A DNA stretch of 64,000 nucleotides from Deinococcus sp. (GTDB lineage: Bacteria; Deinococcota; Deinococci; Deinococcales; Deinococcaceae). The notes under the pieces were generated by a model. That model was not told where the DNA came from. It did no database searches and was given only the letters and a program-made list of their open reading frames with translations. Below are positions 52,287-64,000 of the stretch, piece after piece. Position numbers and translations under genes: made by a program. Where the stretch lies: contig OZ253375.1 of assembly GCA_965261005.1 (NCBI GenBank), forward strand, positions 480,001 to 544,000. The letters are read 5' to 3'. Position 1 is the stretch's first letter, and each line of letters starts with the position of its first letter.

Positions 52287-53615
52287 TCAGCGTCCGCCCG
52301 GCACGTCCGCGACTTGGCGCGACAGCAGGTTCTGATACCAGCGGGCGCTGTCCTTCCATACTCGGCGCTGGTCAGCGTAGTCCACGTAGAACAGCCCGAA
52401 GCGCTTGGTGTACCCGAAGGCCCACTCGAAGTTGTCCATCAGGCTCCAAGCGAAGTAGCCGTTCACGCGGGCGCCCGATTTGATGGCGTCTCGGACGGCG
52501 CTCAAGTGCGACTCCAGGTAGGCCACGCGCTCGGCGTCGTGGACGAAGTCGCCGTCGAGCCGGTCCGGGTAGGCGGCGCCGTTCTCAGTGACGAGCATCG
52601 GCGGGGGCGCGTAGTCGTTCTCCAGGCGCAGCAGCAGGTCGGTCAGGCCGCTGGGGTACACCTCCCAGCCCATGTCGGTGTAGCTGGCCCCTGGCGGCTT
52701 CCGGCCGTCCGCAGACACAAAGGCGCGGCTGTAGTAGTTCACGCCCAGAAAGTCGAGCGGCTGCTGAATGCACGCGAGGTCGCCGTCTTGCACCCCCGGC
52801 ACGTCCTCCCCATACGCTTCCCACACGTCCGCCGGGTACTCGCCGCGCAGCACGGGACCCAGGAACCAGCGGTTGAAGGTGCCGTCGAAGTGGCGCGCCG
52901 CCGCCAGGTCGCCCGGGTCGTCCGTGGCGGGATAGGCGGGTGTGAGGTTGAGAACGATGCCGACCTCGGCGTTCACGGCGCCGCGCAGCGCCTTCACGGC
53001 CTCACCGTGGCCCAGCAGCAGGTGATGGGCCGCCGCGAGGGCGAGCTTACGGTCGCGCAGACCGGGCGCGTGTTCGCCGATCTGGTAGCTCAGAATGGAA
53101 CTGCACCACGGCTCGTTGAGGGTGGCATAGCTCTTCACCCGGTCGCCGAGGCGCCGCGCCACCACTCCCGCATACTCGGCGAAGCGGTGGGCGGTCTCGC
53201 GGTTCACCCAGCCGCCCGCGTCTTGCAAGGGTTGCGGCAAGTCCCAATGGTAGAGGGTCAGGTACGGCTCGACGCCGCGCGCCAGCAGGCCGTCCACCAG
53301 CCGCTCGTAAAAGTCGAGGCCCGCCGCGTTGACGGCGCCCCGCCCGTCCGGCTGCACGCGCGGCCACGCGACCGAGAAGCGGTAGGCAGAGACACCCAAC
53401 TCGCGGATCAGGTCGAGGTCGCCTTGCCACAGGTGGTAGTGGTCGCAGGCCACGTCGCCGCCGCTGCCGTCCTGAATGCGGCCGGGTTCCTGACAAAAGG
53501 TGTCCCAGATGGACGGGCCGCGCCCGTCGGCATGAACGGCCCCCTCGATCTGGTAGGCGGAAGTGGCGACGCCGAAGACAAAGTGTTCGGGAAAGTCGGA
53601 GCGTTGAATGGTCAT
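52287..53615 (-). CDS. GH1 beta-glucosidase
   Basis: 'ATSAYQIEG', 'YHWDLP', 'TLNEP', 'VNYY', 'VTENG', 'WSLMDNFEW'. Confidence 0.96.
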   Translation of the reverse strand: MTIQRSDFPEHFVFGVATSAYQIEGAVHADGRGPSIWDTFCQEPGRIQDGSGGDVACDHYHLWQGDLDLIRELGVSAYRFSVAWPRVQPDGRGAVNAAGLDFYERLVDGLLARGVEPYLTLYHWDLPQPLQDAGGWVNRETAHRFAEYAGVVARRLGDRVKSYATLNEPWCSSILSYQIGEHAPGLRDRKLALAAAHHLLLGHGEAVKALRGAVNAEVGIVLNLTPAYPATDDPGDLAAARHFDGTFNRWFLGPVLRGEYPADVWEAYGEDVPGVQDGDLACIQQPLDFLGVNYYSRAFVSADGRKPPGASYTDMGWEVYPSGLTDLLLRLENDYAPPPMLVTENGAAYPDRLDGDFVHDAERVAYLESHLSAVRDAIKSGARVNGYFAWSLMDNFEWAFGYTKRFGLFYVDYADQRRVWKDSARWYQNLLSRQVADVPGGR

Positions 53616-53628
53616 GAAGTCCTCAAGA

Positions 53629-54894
53629 TCAAGGGGAGCGTTGGTAGGTCAGCCGGGTCAAGGAGCGGGGCGGCAGGTTGAGCGTGCCCCCGACGGGAAG
53701 GGTGATGAAGTCCGCCTCGTCCTCTGCGGTCCGGGCGGTGAAGGTGCGCGCTTCCCGCAAGCGGTAGCCGGGCAGATTGGGCACGAGCGGGTGAACGCCC
53801 GTCGCCGTGTTGGTGACCAGAACGGTCAGCGTGTCGCCCTTGAGGGCCGCGTGCGTCCACAGCGCGGCGTCGCCCGACCGCAGCGGCAGCCAGTTTCCCC
53901 CAAAGTCCCGCGTCTGCTCGAAGGCGTACAAGCTGGGGCGCGCAAAGCCCGACAAGTCCACCAAGCCGTGCCCGCCGGTCGCCTGAAGCGCGAAGTAGTC
54001 GCTCACCGCCACGCCGCCCTCCGCTAGGCGCAGGGTCGCCTCGGCGGCCCACAAGGCGCCCATCTGGTCGGCCAGGTGGCGCGGGCGGTCCGAGCGGTAA
54101 GACAAGCTGTACTCGGTGACGCCCAGGGCGATGTCCCGCTGGTAGCCCAGCGGGTTGGCCTGGGGGTCCTTTAACAGCGCCCCAAAGCGCTTCACGTCGT
54201 CCGACACGAACTGCACGCTCGCCAGGGCCGCCTCGTCGGTCGCCGTGCCGCCCGTCGGGTACTCGTGCCAGGTGAGCAAATCCACGACGTCGCCGCAGTT
54301 CTTCACAAAGCTCGCCAGAAACGCATTGCGCCGGGGTGTGCCGCCCGACACGGCCGGGCCGGCGAACTTGGCCGCCGGGTCTACCTTGAGAATGGCCGCA
54401 CGCTGGGCACGGAACACCTGGCAGTAGCGCTCCGGCGTCCAGCTCGCGTCGCCGCGCGTGACGGCGTAGAGGTCGGGTTCGTTGCCGATTTCCCAATACA
54501 GCACGTTCAGACCCCGCTTCGCCGCCGAGCGGGCCGCGTCCGCCGCGTCCTGTGGGGCGTTGCGCGCCCCCGGCTTGCCGCCGAAGACCCGCGTCTGCAC
54601 GATCAGGGCGGGCGCGCCCTTTACGGTCAGCAGCTTCAAGTTGGCCGCCAGCGGCACAAACGCCTCTGGGATCAGGTCGTTCTCGTCGCCGACGTTGCCG
54701 CCGGGAAAGCGCAGCGAGGTCGGCGCCACCGAGCGCAGCGCGCCCTTTGCCTCCACCACCGCCATCCAGTTGCCGTAGTTGAAACCGTTCACGGAAAGGG
54801 GCGCGATGGGGACGCCCGGCCCGCTTCCCAGCGTGAGCGTGGCTGGGACGGCGCCCGCAGTCCCAAGCAGGAAGGCAATTAAAAAAGCTCTCAT
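53629..54894 (-). CDS. Secreted clan GH-A glycoside hydrolase (family uncertain)
   Basis: Signal peptide; 'LRFPGG', 'YWEIGNEPD', 'WHEY', 'GVTEY'. Confidence 0.8.
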   Translation of the reverse strand: MRAFLIAFLLGTAGAVPATLTLGSGPGVPIAPLSVNGFNYGNWMAVVEAKGALRSVAPTSLRFPGGNVGDENDLIPEAFVPLAANLKLLTVKGAPALIVQTRVFGGKPGARNAPQDAADAARSAAKRGLNVLYWEIGNEPDLYAVTRGDASWTPERYCQVFRAQRAAILKVDPAAKFAGPAVSGGTPRRNAFLASFVKNCGDVVDLLTWHEYPTGGTATDEAALASVQFVSDDVKRFGALLKDPQANPLGYQRDIALGVTEYSLSYRSDRPRHLADQMGALWAAEATLRLAEGGVAVSDYFALQATGGHGLVDLSGFARPSLYAFEQTRDFGGNWLPLRSGDAALWTHAALKGDTLTVLVTNTATGVHPLVPNLPGYRLREARTFTARTAEDEADFITLPVGGTLNLPPRSLTRLTYQRSP

Positions 54895-55760
54895 CCCTTC
54901 AGCGATCCCGCCGTGAGGCCCTCGATCAGCTGCCGGGACGCCAGGGCGAATACGATCAGCAGCGGCACCACCGTCAGCGCCACCCCGACCATCAGCGCGC
55001 CCCAATCGGTGTTGGCAATCCCTTGTAAGCTGCGCAGCGCCAGCGGCGCGGTGTAGGTCTCCTGGCTGCGGAAGATGATCAGCGGCGCCACGAAGCCGTT
55101 CCACGAGTTGATAAAGGTGACGAGTCCCAAGGTCGCCAGCGCCGGGCCGCACAGCGGCAAGATGATGCGGCGGTAGATGCCGAACTCGGTGGCGCCGTCG
55201 ATGCGCGCCGCCTCCACCAGCTCGCGCGGAATGGCGCTGCCGATGTACTGGCGCATCAGAAAGATGCCAAAGGCCCCCGCCATGCCCGGCACCCACAGGG
55301 CGCGCGGCGTGTCAATCCAACCGAGGGCTTGCATGATCAGGGCGTAGGGCACGATATTCAGGGAGCTGGGAATCAGCAGGGTTGCCAACAACAGCCCGAA
55401 CAGCACCTCGCGGCCCTTAAAGCTGTACATGGCGAAGCCAAAGCCCGCCAGCGAGCAGAAGAAGAGGGTCGTGACGGTGGAGAGCACGGCCAGGTAGAAG
55501 CTGTTCCACAGGCTGCGCCAAAACGGGACGCGCGACAACAGGCTGTCGTAGTTGCCGGCCAAGTTGTCGCCGAACCACAGCGGCGGCGGCAGGTGGAAGA
55601 TCTCGCTGCGGGTGTGGGTTGAGAAGACGAACATGAAGTAAAAGGGCGCGATGGTCAGCAGCGCACCCACGATCAAGAGCAGGACGGCCAGGCCGCGCGA
55701 CAAGGGACGGGCGCCTCCTGTGGGCCGCGCCGCGCGCGCGCCGGGCGCGGTGACGGCCAC
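54891..55760 (-). CDS. Carbohydrate ABC transporter permease
   Basis: 'IPRELVEAARIDGATEF', 'FINSWN'. Confidence 0.93.
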   Translation of the reverse strand: MAVTAPGARAARPTGGARPLSRGLAVLLLIVGALLTIAPFYFMFVFSTHTRSEIFHLPPPLWFGDNLAGNYDSLLSRVPFWRSLWNSFYLAVLSTVTTLFFCSLAGFGFAMYSFKGREVLFGLLLATLLIPSSLNIVPYALIMQALGWIDTPRALWVPGMAGAFGIFLMRQYIGSAIPRELVEAARIDGATEFGIYRRIILPLCGPALATLGLVTFINSWNGFVAPLIIFRSQETYTAPLALRSLQGIANTDWGALMVGVALTVVPLLIVFALASRQLIEGLTAGSLKG

Positions 55761-55761
55761 C

Positions 55762-56739
55762 TCAGTCCCTGCCCGCGAGGCCGCTGCGGCCGAAGATGCG
55801 GTTGTTCACGAGGGTCAGCACTCCGATCAGGATGAAGAGCAGCCAGGTCATCGCCGAGGCGAGACCGGCGTCCGAGTACACGAAGTAGGTGCGGTAGGTA
55901 TACATCAAGGTGGTCAGGCCCATCTGGCCGATGCCGCCCGAGCCGTTGGTCAGGATGTACGGCTCCTCAAAGAGTTGCAGGTTGCCGATCAGGGTGAGGG
56001 TCACCGCCACGAACATGATCGGGCGCAGCAGCGGCAAGGTGATAAAGCGGAACTTCTGCCAGGTGGTGGCGCCGTCCACGCTGGCCGCTTCGTAGAGGTC
56101 CCCCGGAATGGCCTGCAAGCCCGACAGGTACAGCACGGTGTTCCAGCCGGTGAAGCGCCACACCACCACGGCGGCGATGGCCGGCTGCAAAAAGTCGCGG
56201 TTGCCCAGCCAGTTGATCTTTTCGGCGGGAAACAGGCCGCCGATCACGGGCAGACCGTGCAGCCAACCTAAAAAGGCGTTGATGGCGCCGTACTGCCAGC
56301 TGAACAGCGTGAAAAAGATCACCGTGATCGCCACCACCGAGGTGATGTAGGGCAGAAAGTACACCGCCGTCGCGAGGCCCCGAATTCGCTTGAGGCCGGT
56401 GTTGATGGCGAAGGCGAGCGGAATGGCGATCAGGTGTTGCGGCACGCCGCCCTCCAAGGCCAGCACCAAGGTGTTCTTCAGCGACAGCCAAAAGGTCGGG
56501 TCGGTCAGGTTGTCGGCGTAGTTGCGCCAGCCCACGAACTTCATGGTCCCCAGGCCCGCCGAGGGTTGCCAATCCTGAAACGAGAGGTACAGGGAAAACA
56601 CCAGCGGAAACAAACCGAAGATCAGGAACAGGATGAAAAACGGGCTGATGAACAGGTACGGCGCAAAACGGCGCTGGAAGTTGTTCCAGCGCGCGGCGGG
56701 GCTGCTTGTTTCGGGCTTGGCGGTGGCGCGAGCTTGCAC
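55762..56739 (-). CDS. Carbohydrate ABC transporter permease
   Basis: 'YLFISPFF', 'LYEAASVDGA', 'ITLPLLRP'. Confidence 0.93.
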   Translation of the reverse strand: MQARATAKPETSSPAARWNNFQRRFAPYLFISPFFILFLIFGLFPLVFSLYLSFQDWQPSAGLGTMKFVGWRNYADNLTDPTFWLSLKNTLVLALEGGVPQHLIAIPLAFAINTGLKRIRGLATAVYFLPYITSVVAITVIFFTLFSWQYGAINAFLGWLHGLPVIGGLFPAEKINWLGNRDFLQPAIAAVVVWRFTGWNTVLYLSGLQAIPGDLYEAASVDGATTWQKFRFITLPLLRPIMFVAVTLTLIGNLQLFEEPYILTNGSGGIGQMGLTTLMYTYRTYFVYSDAGLASAMTWLLFILIGVLTLVNNRIFGRSGLAGRD

Positions 56740-56778
56740 AGGACCTCCAATACCTACAAAAACCAGGACCTACCAACA

Positions 56779-56807
56779 AAAAAAGGGGCCGCAGCTGCGG
56801 CCCCCCC
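56779..56807 (-). terminator. Terminator/stabilising hairpin between the binding-protein and permease genes
   Basis: ggggccgcagctgcggcccc followed by a T-tract on the minus strand. Confidence 0.7.
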
Positions 56808-56813
56808 ATATAT

Positions 56814-58064
56814 TTAGCGCCGGGCGCGGCGCTCCAGCAAACGCTGGGCGCTGGTCAGGGCGGTCTTCACGTCGGCGCTGCCGTCGAGCACCGTGCCCAG
56901 GGCGTCGCCGACGATCTGGTCGGCGATGGGGTCGAGCTGGTTCACGGCGATGGGCTGAATCTTGAGGGCCGCTTGGCGCCACAGCACGCGCGCCTTTTGG
57001 CCCGCGAGGTACGGCACGCCCTCGTTGAAGATGGGGGCGTTCTGACCGGCCAGCAGCGCGGGAAAGGCGCCGGTCGTCTTGAACGCCAGCACCTGCTGGG
57101 CCGGGTCGGTGGTCAGGTACTTGATCAGCTCCCACGCCTCGGTTTTGTGCTTGCTTTGGGTGGGGACGCCGTAAAAGGAGCCGCCGTAGGAGGTGAAGCT
57201 GTTGCCGGGCAGCTGCTCGGCGTTCCACTTGCCGCTGTAATCCTTGGCCAGCCAGTTCTGCATGTGCCCGACCAGCCAAGCGCCGCTGACCTCGGTCGCC
57301 AGGTTGCCCTTTTGAAAGGCGGTGGTCCACTCCGGCGAAAAGGCGCCGCCGGCCTTGGCGTCCAGGCCCGCGTCGCGAATCTGCTTGGCGACCGTAAAGG
57401 CCTTGACAAAGCGCGCGTTGTCCGGCCCGACCAGCACCTTACCGTCCTTGTCGAAGTAGAGGCCCTCGCCCTTGCCGAGACCCGTGCGAATGATAATGCC
57501 GGACACCTCGGCGGCGTCGGGAATGAGGAAGGTGCCGGGGTTGGCGGCCACGATCTTCTTGCCGGCGGCGATGTACGCGTCCCAGCTCTTGTTGAGGTCG
57601 CCGGGGGCGACGTTCGCCTTTTTCAACAGGTCGGTGCGGTAGAACAGCGAGCCGGGGCCGATGTCGGTGGGCACGGCCACGATGCGCCCGTCCTGGGTGG
57701 TGGACTGCGGAAAGGTGTAGGCCACGAACTTGGACGCCAGTTGGCCGGCGTTATAAGGCGCCTTGGAGAGGTCAACGAGGCCGCCTCCGTCGGCGAACTT
57801 GGCGACGTAGCCGAAGTCGATGGCCTCCACGTCGTTGGCGCCCGAGCCGGTCGCCAACGACGTGGTCAGGGCGTTGTGGTGGTCGGCGTAGGCCAGCGAG
57901 ACGATCTTGACGTCGATGTTGGGATGGGTCTTGTAAAAGCCCGGCAGCGCCGCCTTCACCACGCTGTCGAGGTCGGGAAACACGCCGACCGTGAGGGTGG
58001 TTTTCTGGGCGAGGGCGCTGCCGGCGAGGGCCAGGGCGACAAACAACAGGGTGCGTTTGGTCAT
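56814..58064 (-). CDS. Sugar ABC transporter substrate-binding protein
   Basis: Signal peptide MTKRTLLFVALALAGSALA; 'PTDIGP..LFYRTDL', 'GGSF', 'EAWELIKYL'. Confidence 0.93.
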   Translation of the reverse strand: MTKRTLLFVALALAGSALAQKTTLTVGVFPDLDSVVKAALPGFYKTHPNIDVKIVSLAYADHHNALTTSLATGSGANDVEAIDFGYVAKFADGGGLVDLSKAPYNAGQLASKFVAYTFPQSTTQDGRIVAVPTDIGPGSLFYRTDLLKKANVAPGDLNKSWDAYIAAGKKIVAANPGTFLIPDAAEVSGIIIRTGLGKGEGLYFDKDGKVLVGPDNARFVKAFTVAKQIRDAGLDAKAGGAFSPEWTTAFQKGNLATEVSGAWLVGHMQNWLAKDYSGKWNAEQLPGNSFTSYGGSFYGVPTQSKHKTEAWELIKYLTTDPAQQVLAFKTTGAFPALLAGQNAPIFNEGVPYLAGQKARVLWRQAALKIQPIAVNQLDPIADQIVGDALGTVLDGSADVKTALTSAQRLLERRARR

Positions 58065-58096
58065 GATCTTCTCCTGAGGGTGAGAGGGCTGAAAGT

Positions 58097-58110
58097 TGCA
58101 AGCGCTTTCA
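58097..58110. promoter_or_regulatory. LacI-family operator upstream of the binding-protein gene
   Basis: TGCAAGCGCTTTCA, near-palindrome with a central CG. Confidence 0.75.
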
Positions 58111-58168
58111 GAACCGCCTTGAGCGGTGGAGAGCGGGGCGGACGCTTGATGAAGTCGAACACGTCGGA

Positions 58169-59197
58169 TCACCTTCCCAAAACGGCCGGCGAGGGGCGCA
58201 CCATCGCCGTGGACTCGCGAATGACGAGCTGAGGTTCGAGGGGGGCGGGCAGGTCGGCCAGCCCACCGCCCAGGACCCGCAGCGTGCTCCCGGCCAACGC
58301 CATGCCCAAGTCGAAGGTCGGTTGGCGCACCGTGGTCAGGGGCGGCGTGGTGTAGCTGGAGCCGGGCAGGTCGTCGAAGCCGGCCAGAGAGATGTCCTCG
58401 GGAACGCGCACGCCCTTGCGGTGCAGCGCCAGGCGCGCCCCGTAGGCCATCTGGTCGTTGGCCGCGAAGATGGCGCTGAACACCTCACGTCCCTCTAGTA
58501 AGCGCGTGGCCGCCAAAAAGCCCGACGGCTCCACGAAGTCTCCCGGCAAGATTAGCTCCGGCACCACCGGCAGCCCGGCCTGCTCCAGGGCCGCCCGATA
58601 GCCCGCCAAACGGTCGCGGGCGTCGCGGTGGCTGGACGGTCCGGCGATAAAGGCGACGCGGCGGTGGCCGAACTCGATCAGATGCGCGGTCAGGCGGAAG
58701 GCGCCCCCGAAATTGTCGAGCCGCAGGCAACAGCCCGCCAGCTCGGGCACCTCGCGGCCGAAGGCGATCAGCGGCAATTGGCGGGCGACCTGGGCGAGCC
58801 GGTCGTCGGAGATAAAGCCGCCCAGCACGATCAGGGCGTCCACCTGACGGCCCAGCAACACGTCGAGGGCCGCCATCTCCTCCTCGGCTTGCCAATGGCC
58901 GTCGGCGAAGATCGGCAGGTAGCCGCTGCCGGACAGCCCCTGCTCGATGCCGCGCAGCATGTCGCCGTAAAACGGGCTGGAGATGTCCTGCGTCAGCACG
59001 CCCACGCTCATGGTCCGGCCGCGCGCGAGACCGCGCGCCAGCACGTTGGGCTGGTAGCCCAGTTGGCTGGCGGCCCGCTCGACCGCCGCCCGCTTGGCGG
59101 GCTTCACGCCGGCGCCGCCGCTCAGCGTTCGCGACACGGTGCTGACCGAGACGCCAGAGGCGAGCGCAACCTGTTCCAAGGTGACGGATGACTTCAT
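58169..59197 (-). CDS. LacI-family transcriptional regulator
   Basis: HTH 'VALASGVSVSTVSRTL', 'GYQPN..AR', 'NDQMA', 'GFDD', 'LTTVRQP'. Confidence 0.95.
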   Translation of the reverse strand: MKSSVTLEQVALASGVSVSTVSRTLSGGAGVKPAKRAAVERAASQLGYQPNVLARGLARGRTMSVGVLTQDISSPFYGDMLRGIEQGLSGSGYLPIFADGHWQAEEEMAALDVLLGRQVDALIVLGGFISDDRLAQVARQLPLIAFGREVPELAGCCLRLDNFGGAFRLTAHLIEFGHRRVAFIAGPSSHRDARDRLAGYRAALEQAGLPVVPELILPGDFVEPSGFLAATRLLEGREVFSAIFAANDQMAYGARLALHRKGVRVPEDISLAGFDDLPGSSYTTPPLTTVRQPTFDLGMALAGSTLRVLGGGLADLPAPLEPQLVIRESTAMVRPSPAVLGR

Positions 59198-59212
59198 AAG
59201 TGGATTGACAGA

Positions 59213-59241
59213 AGCTTAATCTCTTTTGCAAGCGCTGTCAA
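59213..59241 (-). promoter_or_regulatory. lacI-gene promoter (TTGACA-17-TAAGCT) overlapped by a second operator TGCAAGCGCTGTCA (59227-59240)
   Basis: Operator differs from the 58097 copy at one base and overlaps the -35. Confidence 0.75.
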
Positions 59242-59265
59242 ACTATTTGGGCGAGGATCAGCAAC

Positions 59266-59754
59266 TCACGGCATGGCCCGCCGCACGCCCTCCGGAAACT
59301 CGCGGGCGACGCGCTCCAACGTTTTTGCCGCCGCCGCCCGGACCATCTTCTCAAAGGCCGCCACGCCCCAGCGGTTGGCCGGGGGCAGCGTGAGGTGGGC
59401 CGACACGTACAAGTGGTAATGCAGTTCGCTCTCGTCTCGCCCACGCGCCACCACCTCGCCGCGTCCGGCCAATTCCGCCCACGCCTTGCCGGTCAACTCG
59501 CGCGGCCTCAGCTCAGCGCCACGCTCCAACTCGCGCAAATCGCTTTCAAAAGGAAGCTGCAATTCGCCCAGCATTGGCACGCTGACTATCAGGTCGGCCC
59601 GCACCACGCCGCCCGTGTCGCCGCCTGTGTAGGACAACGCGCGCAAAAAGCGCACGTGACGCAGACTGCGCTGCGGATCACGCAAAAAGTCCAGCGCCCC
59701 GCTCACCGGACCCGGATAGGCCAGTGAGAACGCTTGCCGCGCCTCGACGATCAC
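59266..59754 (-). CDS. Conserved Deinococcus-Thermus protein (DUF3809-like)
   Basis: 162-aa ORF; 'WGVAAFEKMV' region recalled as DUF3809-like. Confidence 0.65.
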   Translation of the reverse strand: MIVEARQAFSLAYPGPVSGALDFLRDPQRSLRHVRFLRALSYTGGDTGGVVRADLIVSVPMLGELQLPFESDLRELERGAELRPRELTGKAWAELAGRGEVVARGRDESELHYHLYVSAHLTLPPANRWGVAAFEKMVRAAAAKTLERVAREFPEGVRRAMP

Positions 59755-59782
59755 GGCGAGCGCCCCATCACCACAAGCTTTG

Positions 59783-60001
59783 TCAATCCACCCACTCGAT
59801 CACGATCTGGCCCCGCTCCAAGGCGGCCTGCACTTCCACGTCGCTGGCGCTGCGCAGGCGCGGCAAGTGGGCGAAGCGCGGCGCCTTGGAAGCGTAGCCG
59901 AGACGCACGACGATCTCCTCGCCGACCTCGTGCTTGCCGACGCGCCACACCAAGTTTCCGCCCAAGCTTTCGAGCTGTTCGGCCAAAACGTCGTCGCTCA
60001 C
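59783..60001 (-). CDS. Small conserved protein (DUF3248-like)
   Basis: 'LGGNLVWRVGK', 'VRLGYAS..PRFAHLPRL', 'IEWVD'; TACAAT -10 lies 6 nt upstream. Confidence 0.75.
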   Translation of the reverse strand: MSDDVLAEQLESLGGNLVWRVGKHEVGEEIVVRLGYASKAPRFAHLPRLRSASDVEVQAALERGQIVIEWVD

Positions 60002-60049
60002 GACCTTATTGTAGGGATTGTAAAGCCCAAAAACCGAGGGGCGGCCGGC

Positions 60050-60451
60050 TCACGGCCCCTTCTGGCTGGTCAGCGCGGCGCCGTCCTGGCCGAGCACGTC
60101 GAAGGCGTAGCCCGCGCCGCTCAGGGCGCGCCAATTCACGCGCAAATCGGCGCACGACCCCGGAAACACCACCTCGCCCGCGTTCGGGTAACGGCCGTTG
60201 TCGTTGCGGTACGCCTCCAGGGCGCGCGCCAAGTCAAAGGCGCAGGTGCGCGCCCCGGCGAGGTCGGTGACCCGCTCGGCGTCGGCAGTGCCGCGCAAGC
60301 GTTCGAGTTGGACTTCCAGCGCCCCGACGCGCGCCTCCAACCGGTTGACGCGGTCTTCGAGCTGCTGGGTCCGGCGCATGGGGCGGTCCGCACAAGCGCC
60401 CAGGAGCGGGGCCAGCACCAGACAAAAAAGGAGAAATCCAACCGGGCGCAT
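60050..60451 (-). CDS. Hypothetical lipoprotein (coiled coil plus small pilin-like domain)
   Basis: Lipobox 'LLGAC'; 'CAFDLARALEAYRNDNGRYP...C'; TATGGT -10 lies 6 nt upstream. Confidence 0.7.
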   Translation of the reverse strand: MRPVGFLLFCLVLAPLLGACADRPMRRTQQLEDRVNRLEARVGALEVQLERLRGTADAERVTDLAGARTCAFDLARALEAYRNDNGRYPNAGEVVFPGSCADLRVNWRALSGAGYAFDVLGQDGAALTSQKGP

Positions 60452-60504
60452 GCGCTCACCATATCGGGCCGGCTGCTGCGGGTGAAGCCCCCACAGGCCC
60501 GCCG

Positions 60505-61722
60505 TCAAGCGCGCGTGAGCAGGCTCAGCACCTCGACGTGGCTGGTCTGCGGATAGAAGTCGTGTGGCGCGGCCGACATCAGGGTCCAGCCCGCACGGGT
60601 CAGCTCGCCCACGTCGCGCGCCCAGGTGCTTTCCTCGCAGCTGACGTACACCAGCTTGCGCGCGCCGCTCCCCGTGATGGCCGCGCGCACCTCCGGCGCG
60701 AGGCCGGCGCGCGGCGGGTCGGCCACCACCACGTCCGCCTCCGGCAGCCGCGAAGCGTCCCCGCGCACGAAGCGGACGTTTCCCACGCCCAGCCGGGCCG
60801 CGTCGCGCTCGCCGCGCGTCAGGGCCTCCCCCGCGAGGTCGAGCGCCGTCACCCGCTCAAAGCGCGGCGCCAAGTGAAGGGCGAGCGCGCCCGAGCCGCC
60901 GTACACGTCCAGCGCGTGCTCGCCCGAGCCGGCCAGCGCCGCCGCCGCGCGGTAGAGCGCGCCCGCCGCCTCCGGGTTCACCTGCGCGAAGCCGGTCGCC
61001 GACACGCTGAGGTCAAGATCGCCGAAGCGCTCCAAAGTGGTCGGCTCACCGGCCAGCAGCATGGCGCCGCGCGCGAAGCGGCGCCCGGCCGGCGGCGCGA
61101 GGCTCACGCCCGCCGCGCCCGCGTCCAGCAGGGCGTCTATGGCGCGGGCGTAGGCGCGCGGCGGCCCCTCGCCGATCAGGGCGGCCAGCACCTCGCCGCT
61201 CCCCGCGCTGGCGCGCAGGGCGAGTTCGCGCGCCGCCGAGAGGCGCGAGACGTCCAGCCGGGCGCACAGCTCGGCGATGGCCGGCAGCACCAGCGGGTCG
61301 TGCTCGACCGCCACCGCCTTGTGGCCGCCCCTTTCGCGGTAGGCCAACGTCCGGCCGCGCAGCAGGTACTGCGCCGAGGCGCGGTAGGCCCACTCGCGCG
61401 GGCTGGGCACGCTGGGCGCCACCTCGCCGTCCAGCTTGGCGACGCGCGTCAGGGCCTCCTGCACGAAGCCGCGCTTGTAGCGCAGCTGCGCCGCATAATT
61501 GGCGTGCGCGAGGTCGGCGGTGGGCAGGTCGGGCGCGGGCACCCGGTCGGGGCTGGCGAGCAGAACCTCGCGCGTCTCGCCGCGCCGCACCCCCTTGCCC
61601 GAGTGCACCTCCGCGAGCACCGTCTCCCCCGGCAGCGCCCCCGCCACCAGCACCACGCCCAAGGCGTCGCGCGCCAGGCCGAGGCCACCGGAGACCAACT
61701 TCTCGATGTGAAATTCATTCAT
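60505..61722 (-). CDS. TRAM-domain RNA (uracil-5)-methyltransferase, RlmD/TrmA family
   Basis: 'ALPGE', 'FAQVN', 'DVYGGSG', 'DPPRAGL', 'YVSC', 'YPQTSHVE'. Confidence 0.92.
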   Translation of the reverse strand: MNEFHIEKLVSGGLGLARDALGVVLVAGALPGETVLAEVHSGKGVRRGETREVLLASPDRVPAPDLPTADLAHANYAAQLRYKRGFVQEALTRVAKLDGEVAPSVPSPREWAYRASAQYLLRGRTLAYRERGGHKAVAVEHDPLVLPAIAELCARLDVSRLSAARELALRASAGSGEVLAALIGEGPPRAYARAIDALLDAGAAGVSLAPPAGRRFARGAMLLAGEPTTLERFGDLDLSVSATGFAQVNPEAAGALYRAAAALAGSGEHALDVYGGSGALALHLAPRFERVTALDLAGEALTRGERDAARLGVGNVRFVRGDASRLPEADVVVADPPRAGLAPEVRAAITGSGARKLVYVSCEESTWARDVGELTRAGWTLMSAAPHDFYPQTSHVEVLSLLTRA

Positions 61723-61773
61723 GGGTGAGGTTCGTTCATGGAGCGTGGGAAAAGCCTTGGTCCACGCTTCCCC

Positions 61774-63678
<1,905 letters not shown>

Positions 63679-63879
63679 TGCTGGGGGTCCTCCTGAAGAG
63701 ATTGGGAGAAAATGATGGCCCCTCGCACGCTCCGGCCGAAATCGAGACCAAAAAGAGAATAGCAAGCGCGCGCAGGGGGACCGTCAGCGGCGAACAAATG
63801 TCGGCGAAACAGATGTCAGCAAGAAGGCGGCCGGCCCTTCCTGCTCGGCCGACCGCTTTCCTCACCGCTTTTCTCGTTG

Positions 63880-63955
<76 letters not shown>

Positions 63956-64000
63956 ATCGCTCTGCTGTCGCCTTTGACAGCGGGGTTTAGTGTAACGGCG

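Overview
This is a GC-rich chromosomal window. It is very likely from a Deinococcus-type bacterium, based on the 23S-5S-tRNA-Gly unit with no 16S gene, pervasive TANNNT-N6-start leaderless promoters, RDRM-like palindromes before sbcD and gyrB, and an ALHH-type IleRS. Most of it is core or housekeeping content: pheA, glgB, sbcCD, mntR-mntH, uvrC, pepF, pdxST, rho, T-box-ileS, kynB-kynU, gyrB, tsaB, rRNA/tRNA genes, a LacI-controlled beta-glucoside/beta-glucan utilisation locus, an RNA methyltransferase, speA and tRNA-Asp. I saw no CRISPR array, prophage, integrase or transposase. The least-explained elements are: (1) a ~500-bp non-coding element with ~85-bp imperfect terminal inverted repeats and an internal REP-like hairpin that recurs after gyrB; (2) a 93-bp divergent region carrying both an RDRM-like site (sbcD) and a DtxR/MntR box (mntR-mntH); (3) an orphan Xre/MbcA antitoxin followed by a truncated RES toxin; (4) a frameshifted kynU; (5) an AT-rich tsaB facing the rRNA unit; (6) an in-frame hydrolase-cupin fusion; (7) recurring 15-bp-period tandem duplications; and (8) several uncharacterised secreted proteins. 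I cannot claim a clearly new multi-gene system from the sequence alone. All family assignments come from motif recognition by eye, not database searches.
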